Counted from the stretch's first letter, positions 30,498 to 39,382 are shown. The stretch: 64,000 nucleotides of DNA from a bacterium (GCA_009926305.1 RFPC01000005.1:7649-71648), one strand, 5' to 3'. Notes: generated by a model from the letters alone, not told the origin. Program-made: numbers and translations.

Positions 30498-30848
30498 ATG
30501 AGCGATGAAAAAGACAAGAAAAACGTCAAGGGAATCAGTAAAACACAGAAGACCACTTCCGTATCAAAAGTTGATAACATTGAAGAGGTAAAGAAAGTTG
30601 GAAAAACAACTGGTGTAAAACGCTCCGGCAAAACTCCGCAGGCTGGCGACAACCTGCAACGCCTGCGATTTGAAGACCGCGAGAAACTTTTAGGAATGGT
30701 TGATGAAGAAGCAAAAAACCTATTCCGCTCAAGCAAGTTGCCAGAGGAGCAAAAACGCCTTATCCGAGAAGCAGTAAAAATGGCGATTGATTCAGCACTT
30801 GTTGAGGAAGATGATACCAAGAAGACAAAAGAGGACGAAAAGAATTAA
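30498..30848 (+). CDS. Lysine/glutamate-rich small protein (possible histone-like/nucleoid-associated or secreted protein)
   Basis: AGGAAA RBS 7 nt before ATG 30498. Highly charged, low-complexity 116-aa product. Confidence 0.4.
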   Translation: MSDEKDKKNVKGISKTQKTTSVSKVDNIEEVKKVGKTTGVKRSGKTPQAGDNLQRLRFEDREKLLGMVDEEAKNLFRSSKLPEEQKRLIREAVKMAIDSALVEEDDTKKTKEDEKN

Positions 30849-30911
30849 TGCACGAGATGCTCCTTGCAGAAACGGCGAGAATTCAACGTTCACAAAAAAA
30901 GAGGATCGGCA

Positions 30912-31448
30912 TTAGGAAGTCTTTGAAGAACCGCCTGTTAGCCGTTCCTCGAAACGCAGCACCTGAGCTTCGTATAGCTGCCGAAGCTCAGGTCGCATTC
31001 GCTCACTAGCAGCTAGTCGATCTGAAACTTCTCCCAGATATGTTCCCCCAGTCTGAAAGTCTTTTAATTGAAAATGCGCCAAGACGAGGAATAACAAGGC
31101 TTCCATCGAAGAGTTCCGTAATTCAAGAGCTCGATGAGCAGCCGAGATAGTCTCCCCGTAATCTTCCCTCATCAAAGAGGCATACGCTATTACCAGCCAT
31201 GCATTTACATGCGTCGGCTCTATCGACACGAGCCCTCTGGCGACTCTCTCAGCAGTGGCAATCTCTCCGCTTTCTATAAATATTCGACTCAGGGAATAGA
31301 GTGCATCCAGCTCTGTTGTGGAATAACCATGGCGAACAATCGCTCGATCCCCCCGAGGCGAGAGTGCTTTTGACGATTCCATCGGTTGATTACCACCACT
31401 TACTTCCTCATCCGAAATAGTGGCCTCGGACTTGTTCTCATTTGCCAT
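30912..31448 (-). CDS. TPR-repeat protein resembling class II type III secretion chaperones (SycD/LcrH/Scc2-like)
   Basis: Three TPR-like helical pairs in about 178 aa. Lies at the distal end of the sct export-apparatus operon. Confidence 0.55.
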   Translation of the reverse strand: MANENKSEATISDEEVSGGNQPMESSKALSPRGDRAIVRHGYSTTELDALYSLSRIFIESGEIATAERVARGLVSIEPTHVNAWLVIAYASLMREDYGETISAAHRALELRNSSMEALLFLVLAHFQLKDFQTGGTYLGEVSDRLAASERMRPELRQLYEAQVLRFEERLTGGSSKTS

Positions 31449-31707
31449 GATCATCTTCTTGTAAAGCAATCCAATCAATCGCAATCTTTAACATATCACG
31501 CTCATCACGCCTCTGTCGCTCTGATTCTCCCATAGTGACCCGCGAATTACTTGCGCCCTCCACCTCTTGCTCGACCCGTTCCATTCGCGCAAGTAACGCT
31601 GCACGTAACTTTGGAAGCTCACCAGCATTCTTGCCTTGCGGGACGAGCGCCAACAAGGGGAGTCGTGTTTCATCATGAAACATGAGTTCCTCAATTCGAC
31701 TTTTCAT
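31438..31707 (-). CDS. Hypothetical 89-aa charged helical protein inside the T3SS operon
   Basis: ORF between the 4-TM protein and the TPR chaperone, overlapping the chaperone start. Confidence 0.35.
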   Translation of the reverse strand: MKSRIEELMFHDETRLPLLALVPQGKNAGELPKLRAALLARMERVEQEVEGASNSRVTMGESERQRRDERDMLKIAIDWIALQEDDHGK

Positions 31708-31750
31708 CTTCTTCCCTTTGAATTACCGATTCGCAGTATTCTTTTTAATC

Positions 31751-32293
31751 TTAGCTATCACTTGGCCCCTTCAGAAAGGACTTTTGTATAAACACAAGAA
31801 GAATATTTAAAAATCCTAAACTTACCACCAAGATCATAGCAACTAAAAACAGATAGGAGTACTCTAGGATTTCGCCTAAATCCCCGTCAGACCGATATAA
31901 AAGTGACTCTTGAATGAGCTTGGGGAAAAGAAAATAGACTGCTGCAAAAAAAGCTGAAATGAACACTCCACTGAACAGGAAGTACGCTCCTAAGAGAAAG
32001 AACGTGCTCCAATAGGTGCGTGACTGACTCTCTCCTGATGACCAAATAAAAGTATGAGCAGCTTTAGAAAACAGGACTATTGGGACAATTAGTAAGGGAA
32101 GAGCAATGACCAACACTATCTCTCGACCACATGCTGATAAACACTCTGCAAGATGACCCTCTAGACACGGCTTTATGGTGAGTGAGAGCTCTTTGAGGAG
32201 AGCCTGATAAACGAAAGGGGAAAAGCAAAAAAACGCCACTGAGCAGAGTGTCAGTGTTGCTACGGCATTCCTAAAAGCTGATTCAGACTTCAC
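31751..32293 (-). CDS. 4-TM membrane protein occupying the SctU position but lacking SctU/FlhB motifs
   Basis: Four hydrophobic helices. No FSxK..NP..G.KR loop and no NPTH cytoplasmic domain. Confidence 0.45.
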   Translation of the reverse strand: MKSESAFRNAVATLTLCSVAFFCFSPFVYQALLKELSLTIKPCLEGHLAECLSACGREIVLVIALPLLIVPIVLFSKAAHTFIWSSGESQSRTYWSTFFLLGAYFLFSGVFISAFFAAVYFLFPKLIQESLLYRSDGDLGEILEYSYLFLVAMILVVSLGFLNILLVFIQKSFLKGPSDS

Positions 32294-32308
32294 TCGATTA
32301 TTATCCTA

Positions 32309-32926
32309 TTAACCGGGCAGTAATAGCTCGTGGAGAAAATATTGGCTTATCGATTGACAAGAAATGGCCAGAAGCAAGAGCACCAGAGGAACAACTGCAA
32401 TCTGATACGTGATGGAAAAGCTAAGCTCTACTCTATTTCTTCTTACTATTAGGGGGATACTCACGAGGTACACAATGAAAGCGAGAAGTGCGTATACAAG
32501 TACATAGGCACAACCCACAAGAATGCCCCACTTCAGAACCATTGAAGTGAAATATGAAAATACAGAGAGAAGAACTTCGGCACGGTGCCGCATGTATATC
32601 TCCACAATGCCATGGAGCACGTCTTCACTGAGCAGCTCCGGCAGTAAGAACATCATCACGACACACGGAAGCCACCTGTAACACATGTGATCTTCAAAAA
32701 GGTCCCGAAGTCCAACCCTCTCGAAAAGACAACTTATAAGAAGCCAAGTGAGCGGGATAGCACACAGTGCAACGACCGCACACAATAACCCCAAAAAGGA
32801 AAAGGGGACCTGAATACTCACGAGGAGAAGACATAGGACAAGACACGGCGCTGCAATGACCGTCATGACTGGAGAGAGGACACAACCGAGAAAGAGTCCA
32901 GCCCCTGCTATTGCAAACTCAGTCAT
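32309..32926 (-). CDS. sctT: Type III secretion export apparatus protein SctT (FliR family), short form
   Basis: Polytopic 205-aa membrane protein immediately downstream of sctS. The call rests on synteny and topology. Confidence 0.5.
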   Translation of the reverse strand: MTEFAIAGAGLFLGCVLSPVMTVIAAPCLVLCLLLVSIQVPFSFLGLLCAVVALCAIPLTWLLISCLFERVGLRDLFEDHMCYRWLPCVVMMFLLPELLSEDVLHGIVEIYMRHRAEVLLSVFSYFTSMVLKWGILVGCAYVLVYALLAFIVYLVSIPLIVRRNRVELSFSITYQIAVVPLVLLLLAISCQSISQYFLHELLLPG

Positions 32927-32954
32927 CCTACGACACCCTGCTCACAATCCGAGC

Positions 32955-33200
32955 CTATCCTACCACCAGGTAGAGCGTTCTCGTCTCTTCGATAAAAAAA
33001 TTAATCATAGGGGCTCCCAGCAAAATTAATGCAAAAAGCGCCCCGATAACTCTTAGTGCATAGTTTAAGGTGTAATCTTGGATCGAGAAGAAGCCCGTTA
33101 AGAGATAGCCCAATAGCCCAAATCCAACGATACATCCCGTTACGGGAACCCCCACTATGAGAAACATCCGAATTATCGTTGAGAATACATTCAATTCCAT
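32955..33200 (-). CDS. sctS: Type III secretion export apparatus protein SctS (FliQ family)
   Basis: 81 aa with two TM helices. SIQDYTLNYALRV matches the FliQ QINEMTLSFIPKI block, and ETRTLY matches YVRTLF. Confidence 0.7.
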   Translation of the reverse strand: MELNVFSTIIRMFLIVGVPVTGCIVGFGLLGYLLTGFFSIQDYTLNYALRVIGALFALILLGAPMINFFIEETRTLYLVVG

Positions 33201-33205
33201 GACAT

Positions 33206-33868
33206 TTATCCTGAAATGTAATCTCCGGCTAGCCTCTGGATTAACATCCCCCAACCATCGACAACCAGAAAAAGAAGAAGCTTCATTGGCAATGAAAAAC
33301 ATAAAGCTGGCAACTGTGTCATTTGCAACAACTGCATCACGTGCACCACGAGGAGATCAATGATCACAAATGGCAAAATGAAGAGAACTCCAAGCTGAAA
33401 TGCGCCCTCGAGCTCATCCAAGAGAAAACTTACAAGTACAGGATAAAACCCTGACTGCTTCCCTATCTGCTCAGGGTTCGGTGCCGATTCCGTCATTCCC
33501 GCACTACTCTTCACTGGCGCTTGAAACTTATCTCGAAGTTCAGACTGCAGCCGTGATATCTCCTCCCTGCGTTCGGGATCCGTTCTTTGCTCAAGAAACG
33601 GCACAATACGTTGCTCAAGCATACTCTCTCTTTGTTCTGGAGCAGAGAGGGTTGTCATCAGATTACCTACAGGGACAACAGAATCAACCACAAAGAGAGC
33701 GAGAACGGCTGAAAAAATCATAACAACCACGCCCACGGTAGCGCCATGAAACCCGAGGCCAATACGAAAAATTTGAAGAGTCGTAAAACTCTTTAAGAAT
33801 CCCCCCGTAAGAAGGACTAAAATGATGAGAGCTATCTGATAACTCGCTGCGTTTGCATCAATTCCCAT
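33206..33868 (-). CDS. sctR: Type III secretion export apparatus protein SctR (FliP family)
   Basis: C-terminal PFVIIDLLVVHVMQ...LPMKLLLFLVVDGW matches the FliP signature PFLVIDLVVASVLM...LPFKLLLFVLVDGW. Confidence 0.85.
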   Translation of the reverse strand: MGIDANAASYQIALIILVLLTGGFLKSFTTLQIFRIGLGFHGATVGVVVMIFSAVLALFVVDSVVPVGNLMTTLSAPEQRESMLEQRIVPFLEQRTDPERREEISRLQSELRDKFQAPVKSSAGMTESAPNPEQIGKQSGFYPVLVSFLLDELEGAFQLGVLFILPFVIIDLLVVHVMQLLQMTQLPALCFSLPMKLLLFLVVDGWGMLIQRLAGDYISG

Positions 33869-33975
33869 GAAGGGTATTGTGAAGAAAAGAACGTCATTTC
33901 ACTAGCCGCTATTTTCAGACGCTCATCGACTGGGAAGACCGTTCGAACGGTCTCTTTCATGATTATCTCTATCCG

Positions 33976-35022
33976 CTATTGCTCTCCGATGACCTTTACA
34001 AAGAGCTGAGACTCATAGGCAACCAGAATCCCATGTCCGACCTTTTTATGCGCGACAGAAATATGAATTTTAGGCTGTTTCGCAGAAGATGCGAGCTTAT
34101 GAAGCGCACCCGGCTGGGAAAGAAGAGCACTCTCAGCTTTTGAAAGTTCTATCTCCTCTAGCTCAAACGTTACAGAAGTCATTCCATCAGCATTCGCGAT
34201 GCCTTCGTTCGCTTCTCCTCTTGCTTGAAAAACGAGTTGATCATCGTGAGTGAAAAGTGATCCCTCAAGCCATGGCTGCTCATCCATGAGCAACACGACT
34301 GAATCGCTACCACCAAAATTGATCGGAAGCGTCTTGCCAGGAACAAGGCTATCACCTACCTCCGAGGGGAGAAATGCAGTGCTCCCAAAAACAACCCTCA
34401 CACGTGCCCTCTCCTCAGCAGAAGGTATTCCTTTTAATATTTGTGTAATCCACAATTGATCGAGCCTATCCATCAGCCCTTGGCTTATTCCTATAACAAG
34501 CGAAAGCTCCTCGCCATTCAGCCGAAAATCAAGCCGAACGCCACCAACGCAAGCCTCTGAAGGAGCACTAACATCACTTTGAAAGCGGAAGACGCCCCCT
34601 TCGTTCGCACTCCAAGATGACGCAAGGCTCGTCATGAATCTTCTTGCAAAATATTCTATCATCAGATGTTTAGCGGTAAGGGATGCGGCTGGAGCTTGAG
34701 TTCTCGTAATACATTCAGACAAGGACCTCGGAATAAAAAGAGAAACAGTCTCTCCATCAAGACTCCCATGAAAGGCGACTCCCTCTCCGGCATCGAGATC
34801 TATGAGCGGAGTAGTTCCGCACTTTTCATGATGTATATCGAAGGTGTGAAAAAGCGGTAGCCAATGAGCAGTAAATCCAGGAAACCATACCTCTGGTTGG
34901 GACCGAAGAAAGCCTCTTGAGAAACGGATATCCTCAGCACTTACCGCTGATAGCTCAGTTAACGGATCCCATGCCCGAAAGTCACTCTCCCCGTACTGTT
35001 GTTCATCCGACGCAATCGACAT
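33976..35022 (-). CDS. SctQ-like cytoplasmic-ring component (C-terminal SpoA/FliN-like domain); SctL not excluded
   Basis: C-terminal approximately 70 aa resemble the SpoA fold pattern (ELSKAESALL...IHISVAHKKVGHGILVAYESQLFVKVI). Lies directly upstream of sctR as in yscQRST. Confidence 0.4.
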   Translation of the reverse strand: MSIASDEQQYGESDFRAWDPLTELSAVSAEDIRFSRGFLRSQPEVWFPGFTAHWLPLFHTFDIHHEKCGTTPLIDLDAGEGVAFHGSLDGETVSLFIPRSLSECITRTQAPAASLTAKHLMIEYFARRFMTSLASSWSANEGGVFRFQSDVSAPSEACVGGVRLDFRLNGEELSLVIGISQGLMDRLDQLWITQILKGIPSAEERARVRVVFGSTAFLPSEVGDSLVPGKTLPINFGGSDSVVLLMDEQPWLEGSLFTHDDQLVFQARGEANEGIANADGMTSVTFELEEIELSKAESALLSQPGALHKLASSAKQPKIHISVAHKKVGHGILVAYESQLFVKVIGEQ

Positions 35023-35051
35023 GAATTACTCTTCTAATATTCTCTAAACCC

Positions 35052-35312
35052 TCATTCCTGCAAACGTTCATCCTTCACATCAGCAGTTCGACTTTGCAAC
35101 TCTTCTAATGCACGTCTCAGCGCGTCGCCCGCTAAAATGTTCCTGAACTCTGGCGATGCGGCCACAAAATCTTTCGCTGCCTTTGCCAGCTCTTCACCTG
35201 CTAACGAATCATTGTCAAGATAAAGCTCGGCCTCATGTCCATCGAGCAGCACTGCTATTGCTACCATTGCTCGCTGATGCGCTGAAAGGGAACGAAATTT
35301 CTCGAGCTTCAT
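35052..35312 (-). CDS. Hypothetical 86-aa helical protein coupled to sctJ
   Basis: 4-nt overlap with the sctJ stop. No motif recognised. Confidence 0.35.
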   Translation of the reverse strand: MKLEKFRSLSAHQRAMVAIAVLLDGHEAELYLDNDSLAGEELAKAAKDFVAASPEFRNILAGDALRRALEELQSRTADVKDERLQE

Positions 35313-36217
35313 AGTTGCGACCTCCGATCATCATCACGAACATCGAACGGTTGTAACTGTAAGGGCTCGCCGTTACGGAACGAATCAAGGGAAGACATTT
35401 GGCCCCGAGAGGCAGTGGTAATGACGCCAAACCAATATCCCCCGAAAATCCCTGCAACAGCAACAAGCACCAAGACACCAAGAAGTGAGAGCACGATAGC
35501 TGGATAATCTGCTGCTGCCACTTTCCAGCCAAAGAATAATTCAACCCAATCGAACTTCTCTCCGTCGAGGCTAGCCTCACTAACTCCCTCCCCCTCTGGC
35601 TCATGAGAAAAAATCGCCAGATGAATCCTGTCGGCCTCTAGCTCTGGAATAATTGACTGTAGTAGGGCCTGTATTTCCGAGCGAGGAGCGAGAGAGGCAT
35701 CTTTTACTTTCAAAACGACCGATGCTCCGCGATCTTCCTTCACGACTTGAAGATCATCTGTATTCGTCTTCTTTGCCGGTCTCTCAGAATGGAGTCGCAA
35801 CACGACTCGAGCAGAGGCGACATCAGGAAGATTCTCTAAGAGGGACTCTATCTGTAGTGAACGCGCAAAATCTAAGCGCACCGCTTCTACCATGCGCGAA
35901 TCCGGAAGAAATGAACTGGTCGAGAGGGTGGAGAGAACTTCACTGCGAGAGGACTCAGGAATTCCCTTCTCGTGCAAGATTCGGATGGCCGTAGAGAAAT
36001 CTCTGGGAGCAACCTCCACCAAGAAATTGCCAACTCCTCTTCTCTTCCGAGTGAATGAAGCTTCAATGCCGTTCTTGCTCAGCACTGCTACCACTTCTCG
36101 AGCTTGGTCTTGAGAAATGTCCTCAGCAACGGGAACGTCCGAACAGCCCATCATCAAGAGGCTCATGACCACAGCAGCAAAACAATAAACACACAGTCTT
36201 TTATTCACGTGAGTCAT
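35309..36217 (-). CDS. sctJ: Type III secretion inner-membrane ring lipoprotein SctJ (YscJ/PrgK/EscJ family)
   Basis: Lipobox LLMMGC followed by a YscJ-like N-domain (ISQDQAREVVAVLSKNGIEA...AIRILHEKGIP) and a C-terminal TM helix. Confidence 0.8.
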   Translation of the reverse strand: MTHVNKRLCVYCFAAVVMSLLMMGCSDVPVAEDISQDQAREVVAVLSKNGIEASFTRKRRGVGNFLVEVAPRDFSTAIRILHEKGIPESSRSEVLSTLSTSSFLPDSRMVEAVRLDFARSLQIESLLENLPDVASARVVLRLHSERPAKKTNTDDLQVVKEDRGASVVLKVKDASLAPRSEIQALLQSIIPELEADRIHLAIFSHEPEGEGVSEASLDGEKFDWVELFFGWKVAAADYPAIVLSLLGVLVLVAVAGIFGGYWFGVITTASRGQMSSLDSFRNGEPLQLQPFDVRDDDRRSQL

Positions 36218-36262
36218 GGGGTTTTCCTCTAAGCCTCTCGAACGTAACGTGAGAGCGGTATC

Positions 36263-37375
36263 CTAACCTCGCGGTAAAGATGGAATAAGCGTCACCAGAA
36301 ACTCTTGCTCACCAAAACGTACCCAGTCTCCATGACCGAGTATGATGGCTTCTTCTTCTTTCCGATAGATGGCATCACCTTCCCGACGGACAAAAACACC
36401 TGTCTCACTCATGAGATCCTGTACAAGCAATCCATACTCATCAGAAAGTGTCATGAGCGCATGTGGTGTTGAAACAGAGGGATGATCAAGGACGAAATCT
36501 TTATCTTTCAGCGGTGTGCGACTGACAAAGAACTTCCCCTCTCTCAGCTCGTAGCCTACGCCGTTGGCAACCGAAAAACTGACAAGCCACCCATGCAATA
36601 ACCCTTGATTATCTTGAGCTTGCTGAGCTGCTACAGCTCCCCTAGCAGAGACGCCCTGTTCTCCCATCGCTCCATCTTGGTTTCTGCGCGGCGCTGATTC
36701 CTCTCGCCGCCGTCCTTGTCTCCTTTGTTCGCGCCACATACGAGACGCCTCTCCTTCAAAGGTTGCTTCAGCTTCATGAGAAGACTCATCGGGTGTCTTT
36801 TGTTTCGCTCTGCCACCGAAAGAGAGCCCTTTCTTGGACGAGCCTCGCTCCATTCTTACTCGCGGAGCAACAGATTCAGTTGATTCTTCCACTCGCGGCT
36901 GACGCGGCGCTTGAGTCACTAACGGTGCCTCATCATCATCGACAACATCATCGAAATCCTCTTCTAAAAACCCTGCTTCGTCCCCCGCCTCGAAAATGTC
37001 AGAGTCCATTTCCTCCACCAGGTCTTCCTCTTCCTCCTCCTGAATCGCTTCTGGATAATCACTCTCTTCTCTTATCGGCTCACTCGCAGCAAGCTCCTCG
37101 TCCTCTTCATCTTCAAAATCCTCAAGATATGCTCCAAGCGGATCATCAAAATCATCCTCAGCTTCAGCGGGAGCGCTTTCAAGGGCAGACTCAGGAGTTG
37201 AAAAGTCATCTTCCTCTGCACCTGATGCCAGCTCATCCTCTTCGAGTCCAGCTCCACACATTCTGCAACGAGTCGACACCGCCGGCACAAGACTCCGACA
37301 CGATGGACAACGAACAAAGGTTAATTCAGTGCTATCAGTGGCCATTTTTTTCTCCTTTAGATAAAAACCCTTCAA
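36263..37375 (-). CDS. Zinc-ribbon / acidic-linker / C-terminal FHA-domain protein
   Basis: CPSCR-x11-CRMCG zinc ribbon, about 130-aa D/E-rich linker, and a C-terminal FHA (GxxFVSRTP...HALM...LLVQDLMSETGVFV). Coupled by 4 nt to the upstream gene. Confidence 0.7.
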   Translation of the reverse strand: MKGFYLKEKKMATDSTELTFVRCPSCRSLVPAVSTRCRMCGAGLEEDELASGAEEDDFSTPESALESAPAEAEDDFDDPLGAYLEDFEDEEDEELAASEPIREESDYPEAIQEEEEEDLVEEMDSDIFEAGDEAGFLEEDFDDVVDDDEAPLVTQAPRQPRVEESTESVAPRVRMERGSSKKGLSFGGRAKQKTPDESSHEAEATFEGEASRMWREQRRQGRRREESAPRRNQDGAMGEQGVSARGAVAAQQAQDNQGLLHGWLVSFSVANGVGYELREGKFFVSRTPLKDKDFVLDHPSVSTPHALMTLSDEYGLLVQDLMSETGVFVRREGDAIYRKEEEAIILGHGDWVRFGEQEFLVTLIPSLPRG

Positions 37376-38706
37376 AAAAGTAACGAAACAACAAGCATTG
37401 ACGCTACAAGTAATGCGAGCGCTACAAGAATTCCTGTTACGAGAACTCCTACCCGTTCATACGAACCAAGCGCTAAGAATCCTGAAACAAAACGATTCGG
37501 TCTCGTATTCATCTCGAACTGGGAGAGCGCCTCTTGAGGAACTCCAGGGGCAGCCAATGTTTGGCGGCTCGGCACTACTTCTCGCGAATCTCTCTCTTCC
37601 CCCTCTTTCTGAGTAAAGGTAGAAGGAGCACCATTGCTCTCAAGGAACATCTCTTCATGCTCTTCCGAAAAACAGATGGCAACGGTAATACCACCGCCAA
37701 AATTCAACACACACGGGCTATTCTCGAGGTGAACGGATTCTCCTTGCGTTAGCACCCCACCATCATACGCGAGTCCATTCATACTGAGGTCCGTGATGAG
37801 AATATCCTCAAGGCTGATAAATTCAATAGTTGAGTGTTTCCGCGACACATGCGGCGCACCAAGCCAAAGATCACTTGAGGGATCTCTGCCAATCCTGAGG
37901 GGCTTTCCTTCTTGAATCAGCAATTTCTGCGGACGAGCGACTTCTGAGAGTGACATCAGCAGCGGATAGCGTTCCTCTGGAAGTATCTGCAGATCAACCT
38001 CTGCAGTTTGACGGGGCACTGAGACTTGCTCTTCTTGATCGATTGCATACGCAACAATGCTTCTCCCAATGATAATTGGCTTTCCAGGAGGAATCTGATT
38101 TTTCCCTGAAACTTGCTGTGCTCCCACAAAGGTTCCATTTGTAGAACCGACATCCTCAATAAAAAATTTCCCAGCTTCATACGTCACATTGGCATGCCTT
38201 GCAGATACATCAGGAGCGTCCAAGCGAAGTGCATTATCTCGATCTCTACCAATCGTCAGCGGAAGATCTGGCGAAAACGAAATAGTGACTGGAGCATCTC
38301 CGCTTACCGCCAGCGCAGGGAAATACGGCGCCGGGTTTTCACACGCTCTGCGTAAAATGTGAGCTGCTACCTTATCAAGGGCATCTCCTCGCATAGAGCA
38401 AAGGTCAAGATCGAGTGCAGTGATAGAAAGCTGTATGGAGCCCAGGTTCAGGCTCGCTTCCCCATCATATTCCCGATCGAGGTAAGCAGGGGTTTCAACT
38501 CGCAAGTGAGAATGCGAAATAAGCGGCTGAGTTCGGAAAGTCCGGCCAATACCTCTATACAGATGAAGTTCATACGGCAGTTCAGCAAGTTCATCGATTA
38601 GCACGTGGGCGTAGTCGCTGGCTCCAATGACCGCGTGTGACCTGCGGACGAAGACCGTTTCAGTATCGGCCCCATCACCATTAAAAGTTATTTCTAACGA
38701 AAACAT
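37372..38706 (-). CDS. Triple-FHA-domain protein with C-terminal TM tail anchor (SctD-like cytoplasmic module, atypical)
   Basis: Three FHA cores (e.g. LTIGRDRDNALRLDAPDVSARHANV...EDVGSTNGTFV and LRIGRDPSSDLWLGAPHVSRKHSTI...DLSMNGLAYDG) and a terminal hydrophobic helix (VLVTGILVALALLVASMLVVSLLF). Confidence 0.75.
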   Translation of the reverse strand: MFSLEITFNGDGADTETVFVRRSHAVIGASDYAHVLIDELAELPYELHLYRGIGRTFRTQPLISHSHLRVETPAYLDREYDGEASLNLGSIQLSITALDLDLCSMRGDALDKVAAHILRRACENPAPYFPALAVSGDAPVTISFSPDLPLTIGRDRDNALRLDAPDVSARHANVTYEAGKFFIEDVGSTNGTFVGAQQVSGKNQIPPGKPIIIGRSIVAYAIDQEEQVSVPRQTAEVDLQILPEERYPLLMSLSEVARPQKLLIQEGKPLRIGRDPSSDLWLGAPHVSRKHSTIEFISLEDILITDLSMNGLAYDGGVLTQGESVHLENSPCVLNFGGGITVAICFSEEHEEMFLESNGAPSTFTQKEGEERDSREVVPSRQTLAAPGVPQEALSQFEMNTRPNRFVSGFLALGSYERVGVLVTGILVALALLVASMLVVSLLF

Positions 38707-39013
38707 ACGGTGTCTACTCTCGACCAGAATGGCCGTAAACTCATGGATTTAAGCCCCAAGAATTCAAAGTTTTAATAAACCATCATTCGCATCGAACAGA
38801 AAGGTTATGGCAAAGCAAGAACAAGAGGAATCGTACAAAAAATTCTTAGGAAAAATGAGTTGATTCTAAGAAAGTTCTGTAGCTAACCTCCTGATTATAG
38901 AACATGGTTTATTTTTCTGGCTCCGACTTGGAGAAACTCATGCACTCCTTCATACCATGCCTGCATCTAAAAAGTTTCGAGGTATTTCGTTTTGAGTTAC
39001 AAAGGCGCCTGCC

Positions 39014-39382
39014 ATGACGAGACACAAGAAGATTCTCATTATCGATGACGACATGATCGCTCTAGACATTGTCGATCTTCTCTTCGAAGAGCATGGCTTT
39101 GAAGTTATTCGCAGCTCAGATGGCTGCCGCGCAATCTCTGCTATCGATGACACCGCACCAGACATCGTTTTGGTTGACTTGATGATGCCAAAGATGAGTG
39201 GTCAAGAGTGCATTCAAGCACTGAGAGCCAAAGGGCTAAACGTTCCAATCGTCGCCTTCACCGCTATTGATGATCCTGAAGTGCATGCGGATGTCGAAAC
39301 CCTCGGGGGGAGCCTCGTATTAACGAAGCCATGCAAACCATCACTCCTCTTGAAGGAGGTCGAAGCTCTTCTTGACGCTTGA
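39014..39382 (+). CDS. Single-domain response regulator (CheY-like receiver)
   Basis: KILIIDDD...DIVLVDLMMP...PIVAFTA receiver signature, 122 aa. Confidence 0.85.
   Translation: MTRHKKILIIDDDMIALDIVDLLFEEHGFEVIRSSDGCRAISAIDDTAPDIVLVDLMMPKMSGQECIQALRAKGLNVPIVAFTAIDDPEVHADVETLGGSLVLTKPCKPSLLLKEVEALLDA

Noticed and set aside
31751-36217. Interpretation of the FliP/FliQ/FliR-family genes as a flagellar export apparatus
   Set aside because: The ring protein is a 302-aa YscJ-type lipoprotein rather than a FliF-sized protein. A TPR class-II-type chaperone is present, and there are no fliO/fliN/flhA/flhB or hook/filament genes in the window.
38707-39013. Sigma-28-type promoter (TAAA-N15-GCCGATAA) upstream of the FHA/T3SS operon
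   Set aside because: No match to GCCGATAA or its reverse complement was found in the divergent intergenic region by eye.
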